Part shown: piece after piece, positions 13,201 to 24,700 of the stretch
How the letters are laid out: each line of letters begins with the position of its first letter
Position numbering within the stretch: the stretch's first letter is position 1
Assembly (NCBI GenBank): GCA_030141605.1
Contig: JAQGDQ010000474.1
Coordinates: 110,848 to 174,847, forward strand
Length of the DNA: 64,000 bases
Source of the DNA: Tubiluchus corallicola
Lineage: Eukaryota; Animalia; Priapulida
Direction of reading: 5' to 3'
Position numbers and translations under genes: made by a program
Notes under the pieces: generated by a model
The model's input: the letters and a program-made list of their open reading frames with translations, nothing else
What the model was told of the DNA's origin: nothing
Databases searched by the model: none

Positions 13201-16200
13201 ACACATCAATGTCATCTTCGACTACAAATCTTGAATCAACCGGCTCGCTGTTTGAAGCTCCTATAAGATCACCAACTGGTTCAAGTAGTAACATGTCTCC
13301 ATGCCTGAAGCAAAAGCAAAACTGGCAAAAAACATGCGCTGCATTTTTCTTACAAAGTTTGGCATTACACGCGCTTTCAATGTGCGCGCTTACACTGGCA
13401 AGTTTCAACACGCGTTTCTGTACGCAGGAGAATATATTTCCATGTGCGTGGAAACCCAGAATTAGAATGCCATCAGGTCCCCAGGAAATCCTCATGTGTT
13501 CCACGCAAAATAATCAATATGTCTTGCAAACAGCTAGTGCTGCTGGTTTGTTTTGTATTTGCTGTGTTTCTCTTCACCTGATTCTTCTTCTTCTTCTTCC
13601 CAGCTTTTCCCTATGCGGGGTCGCCGTTGTGAATGAGTCTTCTCCACGCATTCCTGTTGTTGACCATCTCTTCATTTATGTCTTCCCTTCCCACATGATC
13701 TTCACCGACTCTTCTTTTCAGGTGTCCATACCATCGCAATCTTGAGAGGCTTCCACTACTTTTACTGTTCCTCTGATATTATTATTTCTAATTTTATCTT
13801 TTCTTGTTATTCCCAGCATCCATCTCAACATCCTCATCTCCACCACACCCATTTTCTTTTCTTCGGTCTTCTTTAGAGAAGCTGCTTCCAGCCCATAGAT
13901 TAGAGCAGGTCTGACCACTTCTTTGTGGACTTTCCCTTTAAGTCTCACCAACTCATTCATAGAAGGTTTTGGCGCAGTGTTTATAGGCGGATGCCCTTCC
14001 TGACCCTAACCCTCCCTATTTATCCGGGCCTGGGACCGGCACGGAGTTGGGCTGGCTTGCCCTCCCCCAGGGGCTAGGTTCCCTCTTCACCTGATTAATA
14101 CCTCAGAAAGGGAAGAAGCACACTCCAGTTTCTCTTCTGACATACGGTAATATTTGTATTTGTCACATTTCTGACTGTCCAGGCATACGTACAGCTCTGT
14201 CACCGGGTGATACTGTCCTCCAAACTCATGTCGTTGTTTGAGTGTGTCATGGACCCAGAACATGTGACTTCCGTGTTCATCACGCATTGATAGTAATGCA
14301 ACAAACAATTCCTCTGTCTTCACCGGAGAACGTCAAGAGTTCCAATCTGCTGCTAGCCGTGATTATGGTATTTATACAGTGTATGCATGCGCAAGTGTCC
14401 TTTTACCCAACTCGCTGGCAGAAAAGTCGGTCTTCAAGCGACTTTTCTGCCTGCGAGGAAATACCAGCGTGCGGAAACACCCACACGGAAACAGTGGCAC
14501 ACAGCCACAGTGAACTTTCACTTTTCTGCACACTGCAACAAACATGAAATTGTGTGCACTTGGAAAGTTTGCCTTAGGCAGAACTCAGCACCCAATGACT
14601 AATCCAAACATGAATAATCCTTTAAAGGTAAACAGGACGGTTTTTTATATCCTGCCCCATTTTGAAGTACAGTCAAAGTATGCATTTTAACACCTATATT
14701 AATGCGAAAATGTTTAAGGTCATTAAATAATAGGTTAAAAACTTAATTAATGGCCGGGGAACATAGTTATTGAAGATGTCAGAACTAAGCATGATTTTTA
14801 AAAGCATAAACATTTCATGAGCGTGTTGCACGTATTTGCGAGAGCAAAAAATCGAAATACAGCACTATTGTACAACATTCAGTGTGATATACAAAACCTC
14901 GATAAAGTTTAAGTTTAAAAATTTAAATTTCGAGTTTACTGCTATGCTTAACACATGAGCACAGACAAAACCTCGATAAATTTTAAATTTAAAAATTTAA
15001 ATTTCAAGTTTACTGCTATGCTTAACACATGAGCTTAGTGATTTGCACTACATCAGAAGTGATCTAAGAGGTACAGCACATGTTTTTTGTGTAACGAGAT
15101 GCAGGCCCCGTGTCCATCTAAGTGGAGAGTGACAAAATGCATATAACTGCGCGCAAACATCAAATTAAACTTCTGTGCTGATAATTCTTTGACGTAGGTA
15201 ACTTTCAAAAAACAGTGATAGTCTCTTTCAATATTTTTATACATTAGGTTATTGTTTTTAGCTATAGTTTAAAATTGAGTCTTGCTCCCCTTTAAGACGA
15301 TATGTTCAATGAACTAAGATGCATATTTTAGAACACGTTTGGGTATGTGCATATCTTTCCTCTATACCAGATACAGCCAAAGACATTGTGGTCAAGTGAC
15401 CAGCAGCACTTTTTGCATTACAATTCTTTACATCAGGGCTGTGTGCAAACTGTGGCCCACGGGCCACTTGCGGCCCGCCGAGAGATCTTGTGCGGCCCAC
15501 GAAGATGTTTGTCAACGTAATGAAAGTGCAGCCGACGCACTCCAGCTGAAGTCTGCGCCAATATCGCAAAGATAGTGCAGGTAGTTTGTTCCTCTAGATC
15601 GGATGCCATTAACCCTTACAAGACCATTGTCACTTAATGTCACTGTCGGACATGATGAAATTTAACGTTGCTCACTTAGAACACAAAAAAGCTATGTAAT
15701 CACACAATGAAATTACCACTATCTGTCATAAAAGTAGAAATATATGGTTCTTAATATAAATTTTAATAACTTCTAAAATAGTTTCTTGAGTGTAGTAGTG
15801 CAGTAGTAATTATGTGCGCAAATCGGATGCAAAAAAAATCGTTATTAGGTCCTACTGTACTTGGCTCCTTGACCAAACTGCATGTGGCCCGCAGGAATTC
15901 TGGGAATGTTTAATGAGGCCCGGCTAGTCAGATAATTTGCACACCCCTGCTTTACATTATGAAATTATACTAGTACCTAATTTTATATGTTGTGAACAGA
16001 GGTTTCCGCGTCTGAACTATTTCGGCGGATTTCTTACGATCCGTGTACAAGTGAAACTGGCCAATGAGTAAGCGAAATTTATCGCAAACCTACAAAAAAA
16101 AGAATTATAAAGAAACGAAATAACAATATTTTCTCAAACAAGTACTAACTTAAAAAAGAAAGCACAATATGGCTGATCAAAGGAAAAACAATACACACAT

Positions 16201-17764
16201 ATTTAACTATTATATAAACAAAAAATGTCTGCAGTCTTTATTGAATTCCCTTTGACCATAAAGCAACTGCTAACGAGATGAGTATAGAATCAAGTGCCAG
16301 CTAAAGTGAGTTATATTATGGTCAACTATTCTGTCAAAAATTAACATGAAAAATGGCAAAAGCTTGCTATTGTCAATTCGTTAACACCTCCAAAAGTTAA
16401 AGCATATCAAAACACACACTCTACTTATTGAAGCAAATTCCACTATTCGAAAATTTCTTAGACAAAAGATGATTAAAATCTAGATACTTTGCTGAGCCAA
16501 AATTAATTGTGTTATCTTTTGCGATAAGTTTAGGCATAAAATCATAAAATTCTCCACATGCAGTGGTGTGCATGTCCCTAATTTCACAACTATATGAGTC
16601 AACAAATACAGCAAGTTCACAGCTATATGAGTCAACAAATACAGCAAGTTCACAGCTATATGAGTCAACAAATACAGCAAGTTCACCGCTATATGAGTCA
16701 AAAGATACAGCAAGTTCACGGCTATACAAGTCAAGAGATACAGCAAGTTCACCGCTATACGAGTCAACAAATACAGCAAGTTCACAGCTATACGAGTCAA
16801 CAAATACAAGCAAGTTCACAGCTATACGAGTTATCAAATACAGCAAGTTCACCGCTATACGAGTCAACAAATACAGCAAGTTCACGGCTATACGAGTCAA
16901 CAGATACAAGCAAGTTCACAGCTATATGAGTCATCAAATACAGCAAGTTCACCGCTATACGAGTCAACAAATACAGCAAGTTCACGGCTATACGAGTCAG
17001 CAGATACAGCAAGTTCACAGCTATATGAATCAACAAATACAGCAAGTTCACAGCTATAGGAGTCAACAAATACAGCATGTTCACAGCTATATGAGTCAAC
17101 AAATACAGCAGAGTTGCATAAATGCAAAACAGCATGAAGGGAATAATTTTGTACCTTCTCTAAAAATTTATCCGTAGACTCAGATTTGCTTGTTTCCACC
17201 CTCTTTGTCCCTTCTCGGCTTTGAACTCGTACGACCTGAAATAAATGATCCACTGTTTCAAAGATGTAGAAAAAACTGAAACTAATACTAACTATTACTC
17301 ATGGAGAACTTTACACACCTGGAGTTCTAGATAGTTTACAGTAATGGTAGCATTTGCAAAATAGATGTTAAAAGAAGTTACTAAATATGCATGTTATAGG
17401 GGTAATTAAAGTTTTGCGATAACTACTACAAACGCAAGCTTACTTTTTACTTTACTTTAGACCTAATTAGGTACACTCATATTTTTTCAAATTTCTAAAA
17501 AAAACGCTAGTGCGTTTGTGAAAGTAGTGTACTGTAACTGATAATTTATAGTAACCCTATTATAGCATTCATACAAATAATGAACCAAATTAATTTGGCC
17601 AACTAAACGAAGTCCAGGAATTCACGTTTATACAAGGCAGAAAAGGTATCACATGACTAAGACTATGAGAATGAGTACGATAAACCAGGCTACATCACGC
17701 TTACAATCATAGCATGCATAGAGTTTACACAAAATTATTATAAACTAACAATTTTATCTGCCAT
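1277..17764 (-). CDS. NPLOC4: Nuclear protein localization protein 4 homolog (p97/VCP-UFD1 cofactor), 5' part; gene continues beyond left edge
   Basis: Coding exons with GT-AG borders and consistent phases: 17750-17764 (MADKI), 17155-17235 ([14 protein letters not shown]), 15977-16089, 13152-13304 (HGDMLLL..VEDDID), 12463-12600 ([23 protein letters not shown]), 10625-10748 ([15 protein letters not shown]), 7582-7761 ([18 protein letters not shown]), 6032-6190 ([13 protein letters not shown]), 4163-4289 ([14 protein letters not shown]), 1277-1437 ([19 protein letters not shown]). These are the zf-NPL4 and MPN-like NPL4 motifs. Confidence 0.96.
1559..1765. repeat. 24-bp minisatellite, about 8.5 copies
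   Basis: GAGTATAGCGCAGTCAAACAAACT. Confidence 0.95.
3523..3917. repeat. 26-bp minisatellite, about 15 copies
   Basis: GTTTTAACTATGGCGACATATGGACG. Confidence 0.97.
4444..4801 (+). mobile_element. 5S rRNA-headed SINE (SINE3), 3'-truncated copy
   Basis: About 120-nt 5S-like head (4444-4563) with box A AGTTAAGC and box C TGGATGGG, no oligo-T terminator, and a body shared with the 11780 and 38434 copies. Confidence 0.85.
5265..6020 (+). mobile_element. hAT non-autonomous element with a transposase C-terminal remnant
   Basis: TIR CAGGGCCTATTTCA; 8-bp TSD CATGTAAT/CATATAAT; internal remnant [28 protein letters not shown] resembles the hAT dimerisation domain. Confidence 0.8.
7857..8539. mobile_element. 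Tc1/mariner (Tigger/pogo-like) MITE
   Basis: Imperfect TIR (C/T)AGTCTAG.CTCGTTATCTCGCC, TA flanks, subterminal TCTCGCC repeats. Confidence 0.75.
8936..10518. mobile_element. Tc1/mariner-type MITE carrying nested insertions
   Basis: Ends CAGTAAGTC...GACTTACTG with TA flanks and GACGC subterminal repeats; it contains a Helitron-like element and a dispersed-family copy. Confidence 0.7.
9095..9843 (+). mobile_element. Non-autonomous Helitron-like element
   Basis: Starts with TC after an A, followed by an AT-rich (TA)n run; ends CGCAAAATCTTTTGCG hairpin then CTAG before a T; no TSD; GC-richer interior. Confidence 0.65.
11780..12342 (+). mobile_element. 5S rRNA-headed SINE (SINE3), longest copy
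   Basis: 5S head 11780-11899, shared body, 3' end TGTCTTCCGAGACAGAAGGATGCC followed by a (CAAC)n tail. Confidence 0.88.
12772..12975. repeat. 41-bp minisatellite, 5 copies
   Basis: AACTATCTGGAAATGTTCCATTTTGTACATTACGTGTTTAT. Confidence 0.95.
13330..14574 (-). mobile_element. PIF/Harbinger-like transposon remnant interrupted by the RTE insertion
   Basis: Decayed peptide [22 protein letters not shown] resembles the Harbinger transposase N-terminus and resumes after the RTE (..ALAVC..). Left boundary is uncertain. Confidence 0.55.
13584..14082 (-). mobile_element. Internally deleted (bipartite) RTE-clade non-LTR retroelement
   Basis: 14-bp TSD CTCTTCACCTGATT (13570-13583 and 14083-14096); (GAA)n tail; RTE C-terminal peptide [38 protein letters not shown]; 5' part with the GGAAGGGCATCC motif. 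Confidence 0.85.
15434..15949. mobile_element. hAT MITE (family A)
   Basis: TIR CAGGG..GTGTGCAAA / TTTGCACACCCCTG; perfect 8-bp TSD CTTTACAT; GGCCC subterminal repeats. Confidence 0.88.
16583..17110. repeat. 33-bp minisatellite, about 16 copies
   Basis: TCACAGCTATATGAGTCAACAAATACAGCAAGT; two units have a 1-bp insertion. Confidence 0.96.
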
Positions 17765-18007
17765 GTCAAAAACTACTATAGCTTGAACCGCTTCCAAAAT
17801 TTCATGCACAAAACCAAACAACGTGTATCACAGGGTGAAGCAAATTTTTGTATAAAGAAAATTTCCTATAATGACTCAGACTCTACGGGGCAGCCATTTT
17901 TCTGTCCTAGCGTCACCTAGTGACCGTCTTAAAACATCAATTAGTGCATCGATTGCGAACAACACAACATATAAAAAGCACGACGCGTTAATTCTGATAC
18001 TGAGAGG

Positions 18008-18350
18008 TAGGGGGTGAGCATACTCTACCAGAAAGCGAATTAGCATCGAATTATATTTGTAGCTTTCGAATTCGAATTGAGATTGAATGATTTCCGAACA
18101 AGTTTTTGAACCACCAGTAAAAATTAGTCTTACAAACATCATGCATATTGCTCGATTTGTTCTGCAATAAAACCACTGATAATTGTTTAAAATTGTGCAC
18201 AAAAATCAGAGCTAAATTATACTAATGGCATGATGTTTCAATCGTATTAATTATAAAGAAAGTATATGATTGAAGTGCTGAATTATTCGAATCGAATTCA
18301 AACTAAAACAACTCGTTCTAATCGAATTCAAACATTCGATGCTCAACCCT
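18008..18350. mobile_element. Putative hAT-like MITE with TTCGAA subterminal repeats
   Basis: Imperfect ends AGGGGGTGAGCAT / ATGCTCAACCCT with clustered (A)TTCGA(A) motifs near both ends. Confidence 0.5.
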
Positions 18351-19844
18351 GCTGAAAAAAGAAACTGTTCTGAGGAATTCCTGGCGTGATCTTGAAAATA
18401 ATTAATTACATGTAGTACTAAAATTGGATTATTAAAAACTTTTGGTCAAAGTTAGAACAAAAACTTTGTCAAGTATTAAATTGCTAACATTATTGTGTCC
18501 ACACTTTTAAGAGCTTAAAAGTTTCAGAAACTGCAAGGAATATTATCACTGCCCAGAATAGACAAAATGGATAATCAAGTTGTTGGAAACAAGCCTGTTC
18601 TTTCGCCCTTCTCTTCCACCCAATTGAGGCTTGCGTAATGGCGCATTTTCTTCAGTTCCTTGAAATTTCCTTCCACAGTTTTGCTGGTACTCAACTGTCA
18701 GTTACTTTGAACAAGATCTGCACCTAATAATCCTATAGTTAACTCTAAAATTGCAACACGCTTGACGTTTGACCAGTATCACTTCTGAAGTGTCAGTTAC
18801 TGGGTTGCGAATTGTTATTGACTTATGCATAGATTACAAAATCAGTGGGTGATTGCCTTGACGGCTTAAAACTTGAAACACTGTTTGCACAGTGCATGAG
18901 CATCACCCCAGAAATCTCCTTTGCACAATAAAAACTCATGGGTGCTATTTGAGAATACAAACTGAAGGCTCGGTATCACATATTTTACAATTCGATTCCT
19001 GTAAGATTCACCCACTCAATTTATTGCCAAGCACTAGATTTAATATTATATAATTTGGTTATTTAATTTCACATCATTTTTACCATATCTCATAACTGAC
19101 TTCATCCTCACCATCCCCAAACCAGTCTGTCTAGGACCTTGCTGCTAGCTGAAACTAATCAATAACAGCTACGCACTTCTCATGAATTGGTTAGAAAAAA
19201 TAGCGCTTTGGTGCTTATATGATCTGTTTGCTTTACTTTAGTGTGTCTTAATAAGGTAATCAAACAAAAGTTCATCAGCAATGTGTCAGCTGAAGTTTTG
19301 TAACGACTCGATGGTCACAGTAGGTAGAACATCTGGTTGTGTAATTTATTTTGCTGCTTATCCTGATAAAACTTGTAGCAGTTTACAAATTAGTGTGCAG
19401 TAGTTGAAGTAGTACAATAACCGCAGACAGTGGATATGTTATAGCAGCATAGCATCAAGTACCAGTATCTTTTTGAAAGTGTTTGTGGTGTGTTAGTTCA
19501 TTACATGAAACGGTTATATTGAAACAGTTAAAGTAAAGTAAAGCATCTATTATCCAAGGCAGAATGTTACAGCATCCATTCGTCTCTTAGCTCAGCACGT
19601 GACATAAAATAGTTTTAAGTAAATATTATATGAGGTGGTTTAACAGAATTTCCATTCACTAAATTACTTCAAAACATAACATCACTGTAGCAATAGTTGT
19701 TAGCAATGATCAAAAAATACAATGACCCTGGTGACAAAATACAAATTATTTAGAAATACTGGTCAGCTGATCTCTAAATAACTATATTTGGCAAATATAG
19801 CAATCTGACTATACGTATGAATATAAATTTAGAATTTCAGGTCA

Positions 19845-20666
19845 TCAGTCAATTGCTGCATCATAGCCATACTTAAACTTTTCAGCAAATGCCATTTCGG
19901 CATCAAGTGATTTTCTCCGGCAACGGCGACCAAATGGCTCCAAGTCATTGTAACATTTCTCAAAGACACTTTCCACAATATTAGTTACTTCTTCTTTTGT
20001 CAGTTTTTCGCGAACGGCCAATACAGAGTGTATAGCCTTGTTCTTTACACACTGCTGGTGTGTTTTTGCGATATTAAAGGGAGACGCCATCCCGTCAGCC
20101 ACAGCGCTAAGAAATGAACACTGTGACAGATTAGCTGCTCGAATTTCACTGCAAGCTAAATGTCTGTTGTCTTTAAAGTTGACTTTTGCCCTGCAGGCAT
20201 CAAACATATGAATCAGTTCATGAGTGAGAACTCCTTGGACCATTCCTTTTGAGGTAACAAGGTTCTGGCAGATAACTACTTGATTTAGTTCAGAGTCATA
20301 CCCACCAGTAACCACCTTTCCCTGGCAGCATTCACACGAAATATGACGACGGATATCAAAATCGCACCCAGAGCTTTTTATTGCACTTACGAGCAGTCGC
20401 ACGAATGGGCTCTTCTTTAGCGAATAATAAACATTTCTTTCGCACTTTAGCTTCTGTAGGTTATCACGGTCTCCTAAAAGCAAATTTTTTGTCCAACTAG
20501 ATTTCACCTTTTCACCTTTCCTCCCAGGGAACAGGTCATAACCCCAAGTCTCGCTGCCACTGACATTTGACGTTGATGGAGTTACTTTCTCACTAGCAGA
20601 ATTACTTTTATCACTGGTTCTTCCACCTGGAATTCCACTTTTAGTTTCATCTACTGAAGACGACAT
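19845..20666 (-). CDS. ATP23: Mitochondrial inner membrane protease ATP23 (peptidase M76), single-exon CDS, 273 aa
   Basis: Uninterrupted ORF with GGYD..VVICQN, the HELIH (HExxH) zinc motif, HLACSEIRAANLS and VFEKCYNDLEPF. Confidence 0.95.
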   Translation of the reverse strand: MSSSVDETKSGIPGGRTSDKSNSASEKVTPSTSNVSGSETWGYDLFPGRKGEKVKSSWTKNLLLGDRDNLQKLKCERNVYYSLKKSPFVRLLVSAIKSSGCDFDIRRHISCECCQGKVVTGGYDSELNQVVICQNLVTSKGMVQGVLTHELIHMFDACRAKVNFKDNRHLACSEIRAANLSQCSFLSAVADGMASPFNIAKTHQQCVKNKAIHSVLAVREKLTKEEVTNIVESVFEKCYNDLEPFGRRCRRKSLDAEMAFAEKFKYGYDAAID

Positions 20667-21787
20667 GATTACTGCATGATACAGAAATGGTCGATATCCA
20701 CGTTATTCATTTACGATTAGTAAGTGCCCATGGAAGATCCAATAAGATTAACTGTGTAACAACATCAGATGAAGCGAATAACTGTTCTTGAACACTTTGT
20801 TAATCCCACTAAAAAACTTAAGATAAAGCAAAGAACTGCAGAACGAAGTTAAAGACAAAATTTCAAATGTTAATGCCACTTAGACTATTGTAGTGGACTA
20901 ATTACAGCCATTATTACAACATTAGTTTTAAATGTTCACGTGATTCAAAAATTCGGAGTAAGAAAAGCGTGAAACTCTAAACACCATGACTAAATTCGTA
21001 TACTGAACCAGAAGTGGTGGATATAACTTTTTGTGTATCCGCACCGTAATATCCGCAACTGTAAATAACCGCATAAGGTTAATCCGCGGATTAAATGAAC
21101 TTAAATTTTGATATCCTCGTTCCGCAAATGTAGACAACAAATTAACTTGGTATGCGTTGAGTTAGGTAGTGCTGCTGCTAGGAGTTATAATAGCGAATCA
21201 ATAATAAATCTCTAGCCAGACTTCAATTTTACTTGTAAACCTTCAATGGCGACACACACAGCACGATGTACATCTGTCGATCACAATCATGCCCATCACT
21301 CCACACCACAAGCCACAACAGGCTCGAATAATAAAACTATAATATTTGTAATTAAGAGCAATGTTTTGCGTCTAGAAATTTCCAGATAAAATATCGGGAG
21401 CAAAAAAAAGCAGGAGGTGAAGAGGACATCTTAAAATAAACTAGTGATGAAAGGCGTTTAATGTGGCAACAAGCCCTTTAATGCACAAGGGCGTTCTTAA
21501 CGAATTGAAATTGGGAAAATTTTTGTTGAAACACTTGAAAATTTACTTTATAAAAATGGCTTTTGCTTGCTGTAATTTCGCATAAAACTCCGATTTTAGG
21601 CATTAACAATCCGCATATCCGTCTTTATTCACTATCCTTCTTGGCAAAATTAATGTGGATACCGCAACAGCATGCCGCAAATTCGCTATCCGCCCATCTC
21701 TGCACCGAAGAACGAGCGTGCGACCACGTGCAACAACAAGCGACGGTGCTGTCACGCAACGACAGATACTCGCAATTGTTGTCAATA

Positions 21788-24700
21788 ATGTCTGCGCCCA
21801 GTAACATGCTGGAATACGATGAATGTAATTTTCTCAGACAAAGACTAATTTTAGCTACTCTTAGTGGAAAGCCAGTCAAGATTAAAAGAATACGTCACAA
21901 GCATGAAAGCATTGGGTTAAAAGAATGTGAGGCGAGTTTTATTAGGCTTCTGGACAAATTACAAAACGGTACCAGGTAAACTTTACACTGAATCTAATAT
22001 TTTAAGCCAAAACTGTCATTATTTTTTTGTTACGAATGTGGAAATTTGCGGTTTAGGTATTCATCATCTGGGATAACCTACATTATTTTCAAGTTATGGT
22101 TACTTAAGACCCAACAAGCAGTGCATTAGCAATTATTATTGAACGCCTTTAAAATTACTAAAACTGCATATACAAGTGCGATACAAAATGATAAAAAGGC
22201 ACCGAAAACATTCATCATTGCTCTAAAAATTTCTTATGCAAGGAAAGGTAAAATGTAAGTGGAACCGTGCAGATTATTTTATTGAGTAGGCATAACTACA
22301 TGCCGAATTATGACAAGTCACAGATTATCGGCATTCTTTTGAAACTTAATAGGAATATATAAAGAAATAGATGTTCTTTTGTGATGCATAGGAAGAGAAG
22401 GGAAAAGACCCCAGATCACAACTGAACTCAGAGATCTCCGAAATATTACAAAATAGTACAGAACAGAACGTTACAAAATGTTGCAACATAGCGGTGAATT
22501 TATAGCAAAATTATGCTCGTAAGAAATTTGCTACAAAATTTCACGATTTGTCTGTTCATTGTGCAAGCCCCGTGAATTTTTTGTTTGCTTTTTATATATA
22601 ATTTTCTGATATGCTTCTACAATGATTTTCTTTTAGAATTGATATCAATGAAACGGGAACAAGGCTGGTCTACATTCCCGGTATGCTCCATGGAGGTACC
22701 GTTGAGCATGACTGCAACGTGGAGAGGGGAATTGGCTATTACATGGAAGCCTTGGTTTGTCTGGCACCATTTATGAAGAATCCATTGAAGGCTACATTGA
22801 GAGGGGTTACTAATAACCAGGTTAGTAAACTGCAGTGATTGTGTGATAAGAGAATACTCCCAAGTTTATATTCTATATATTTAGCAACTTGAATGAATAA
22901 TTATTTGTAGTCTCAACTTCAAGACTATGGACTAACGATGAAGTGTATCCCCAGTCAGCCTTTTCACAGTTCCAGCGATTGATGATGATCATGAGAAGGT
23001 CAAAAGTTAAGTGTACTAGACAATGTGACAATGCCTCGCAGCACAAGCTATTGTAATAGCAACAGTTCTAACAGCTAGCTAGAACCTTACCTAGTTCATT
23101 TTTTCTTGTTCCTAAGCAAGATCCTACTGGTAAATCACTCACACAGACTAATGCATAATGAAGTAAAGTCCACGTAAAACAAATGACGTTACTGAACTGG
23201 TGGGGCAAACGGCTTTGTTTTACACACATGTCATGCCACTGTTGTAGCTAAGGCGCGTTGCTGTGTTACACTTAACCTTTGGCCTACAGCAACTGAGTGT
23301 GCGCACAACGAAACTGTGAAAAGGCTTATTATACTGAACTACTCATTGAAAGCAAGGAAGTATGAGTATGTCAGGACAGAGTCTGAATTTGAGCCAGGGG
23401 TCTTTAATGTACAGTTCAAAGCCATTCACTCCTAAATCCTATAACAGCTAGCGGTCAAGTTCTACGTTTTCAAATGTTACCTTACCCAGACGTTACCTTA
23501 CCACACTAGAGTAAATTTATACTCAATGCTCGTTAATTTAATTATTAATTACTAACCAATTGGTCCGATTTTGTAATGATAGTCTTTGAATGACTGAAGC
23601 TTGATCTGAGGAAGTGAACCTCGGCTTGTTGATAAACAGATGACAAGCCAAGGCAGCTTAGACATCAAGATGGTGGTATTGGCTAGGCATGATTATGTCC
23701 CTCTAGTAATAAGTGTTAGAGCGGTGCTCTAGTATGTTTCTAGTAATAAGTGTTAGAGTGGTGCTCTAATATGTTTATAGACTATAACTTCAAACTAACT
23801 AATTTAGTCCACCATTTTGTTTTGTTTGAAATTGCATTACAGCTAAATTACATTCATCGTTGATTACTAAATTACATTGACCAGTAATTTTATAGACTGT
23901 AGTCTATGCTGTCTCTACATTAGTAAACTACCATTTAGCGACATTAACCTACATATGTATTAGGTTAACCCTACATATGATAGTGTTACATATGGTAAGA
24001 AGTTTCTCCTATTACGGAGCCACATTGTGGAATGAATTACCAAACTGTCTCCAAATAGCCGAAAATCTTGGGGAATTTAAACGTCTAATTAACTCATGGA
24101 CTGGTGCATCATGTAAATGTGCCATTTGTAAATTCAGCGAACTTCCCAATTTTGTTAAGTCGTAATTAAATGCTGAATGTGTTGGCAGGAAAAATTTTTA
24201 TTGACCTAGATAGCTTTTTGTGTAAATTTTAGAAAACGTTACTGCCTAAAATTTTACTGTCTCAAATTTTTACTGTTTTCATGTAGTTATAAATTTTTCT
24301 TGTTCCAATACCTCTGGTGGCATCCAAAAGATTTTAAGAAGTACATATTATTACCATGTTATCGCTCATATACATCATGTTTGATATCGGTTTACGAGCT
24401 TTAAGCTCATATTTTACAAATATGTACTGTTTCATATCATACCGATGAAAATAAATATTATCTTATCTTACGTGGTGCCATCAGAAGGCATCACAATATT
24501 CTACTCAAGAGTTTACCCTTTTGTCATATGATACTTGACGAGCAAAACTGATAGTGATTGTAATTTCTATTTCAGATTGACCCGTCGGTTGACTTTATTA
24601 AAGGAACAACACTTCCCGTTCTTAAACGCTTCCTCTTAGACGACGAACAGCTAGAACTGAAAATCATTAAACGTGGTATGCCACCAGGTGGCGGGGGTGA

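Noticed and set aside
13191-13745. 184-aa plus-strand ORF
   Set aside because: Antisense to an NPLOC4 exon and running through TE sequence; no recognisable protein.
16421-17177. Q-rich and other repeat ORFs
   Set aside because: Products of the 33-bp array in NPLOC4 intron 2, frameshifted by 34-bp units.
18040-18340. Heat-shock elements upstream of NPLOC4
   Set aside because: The TTCGAA repeats lack nGAAnnTTCn spacing and are better explained as MITE subterminal repeats.
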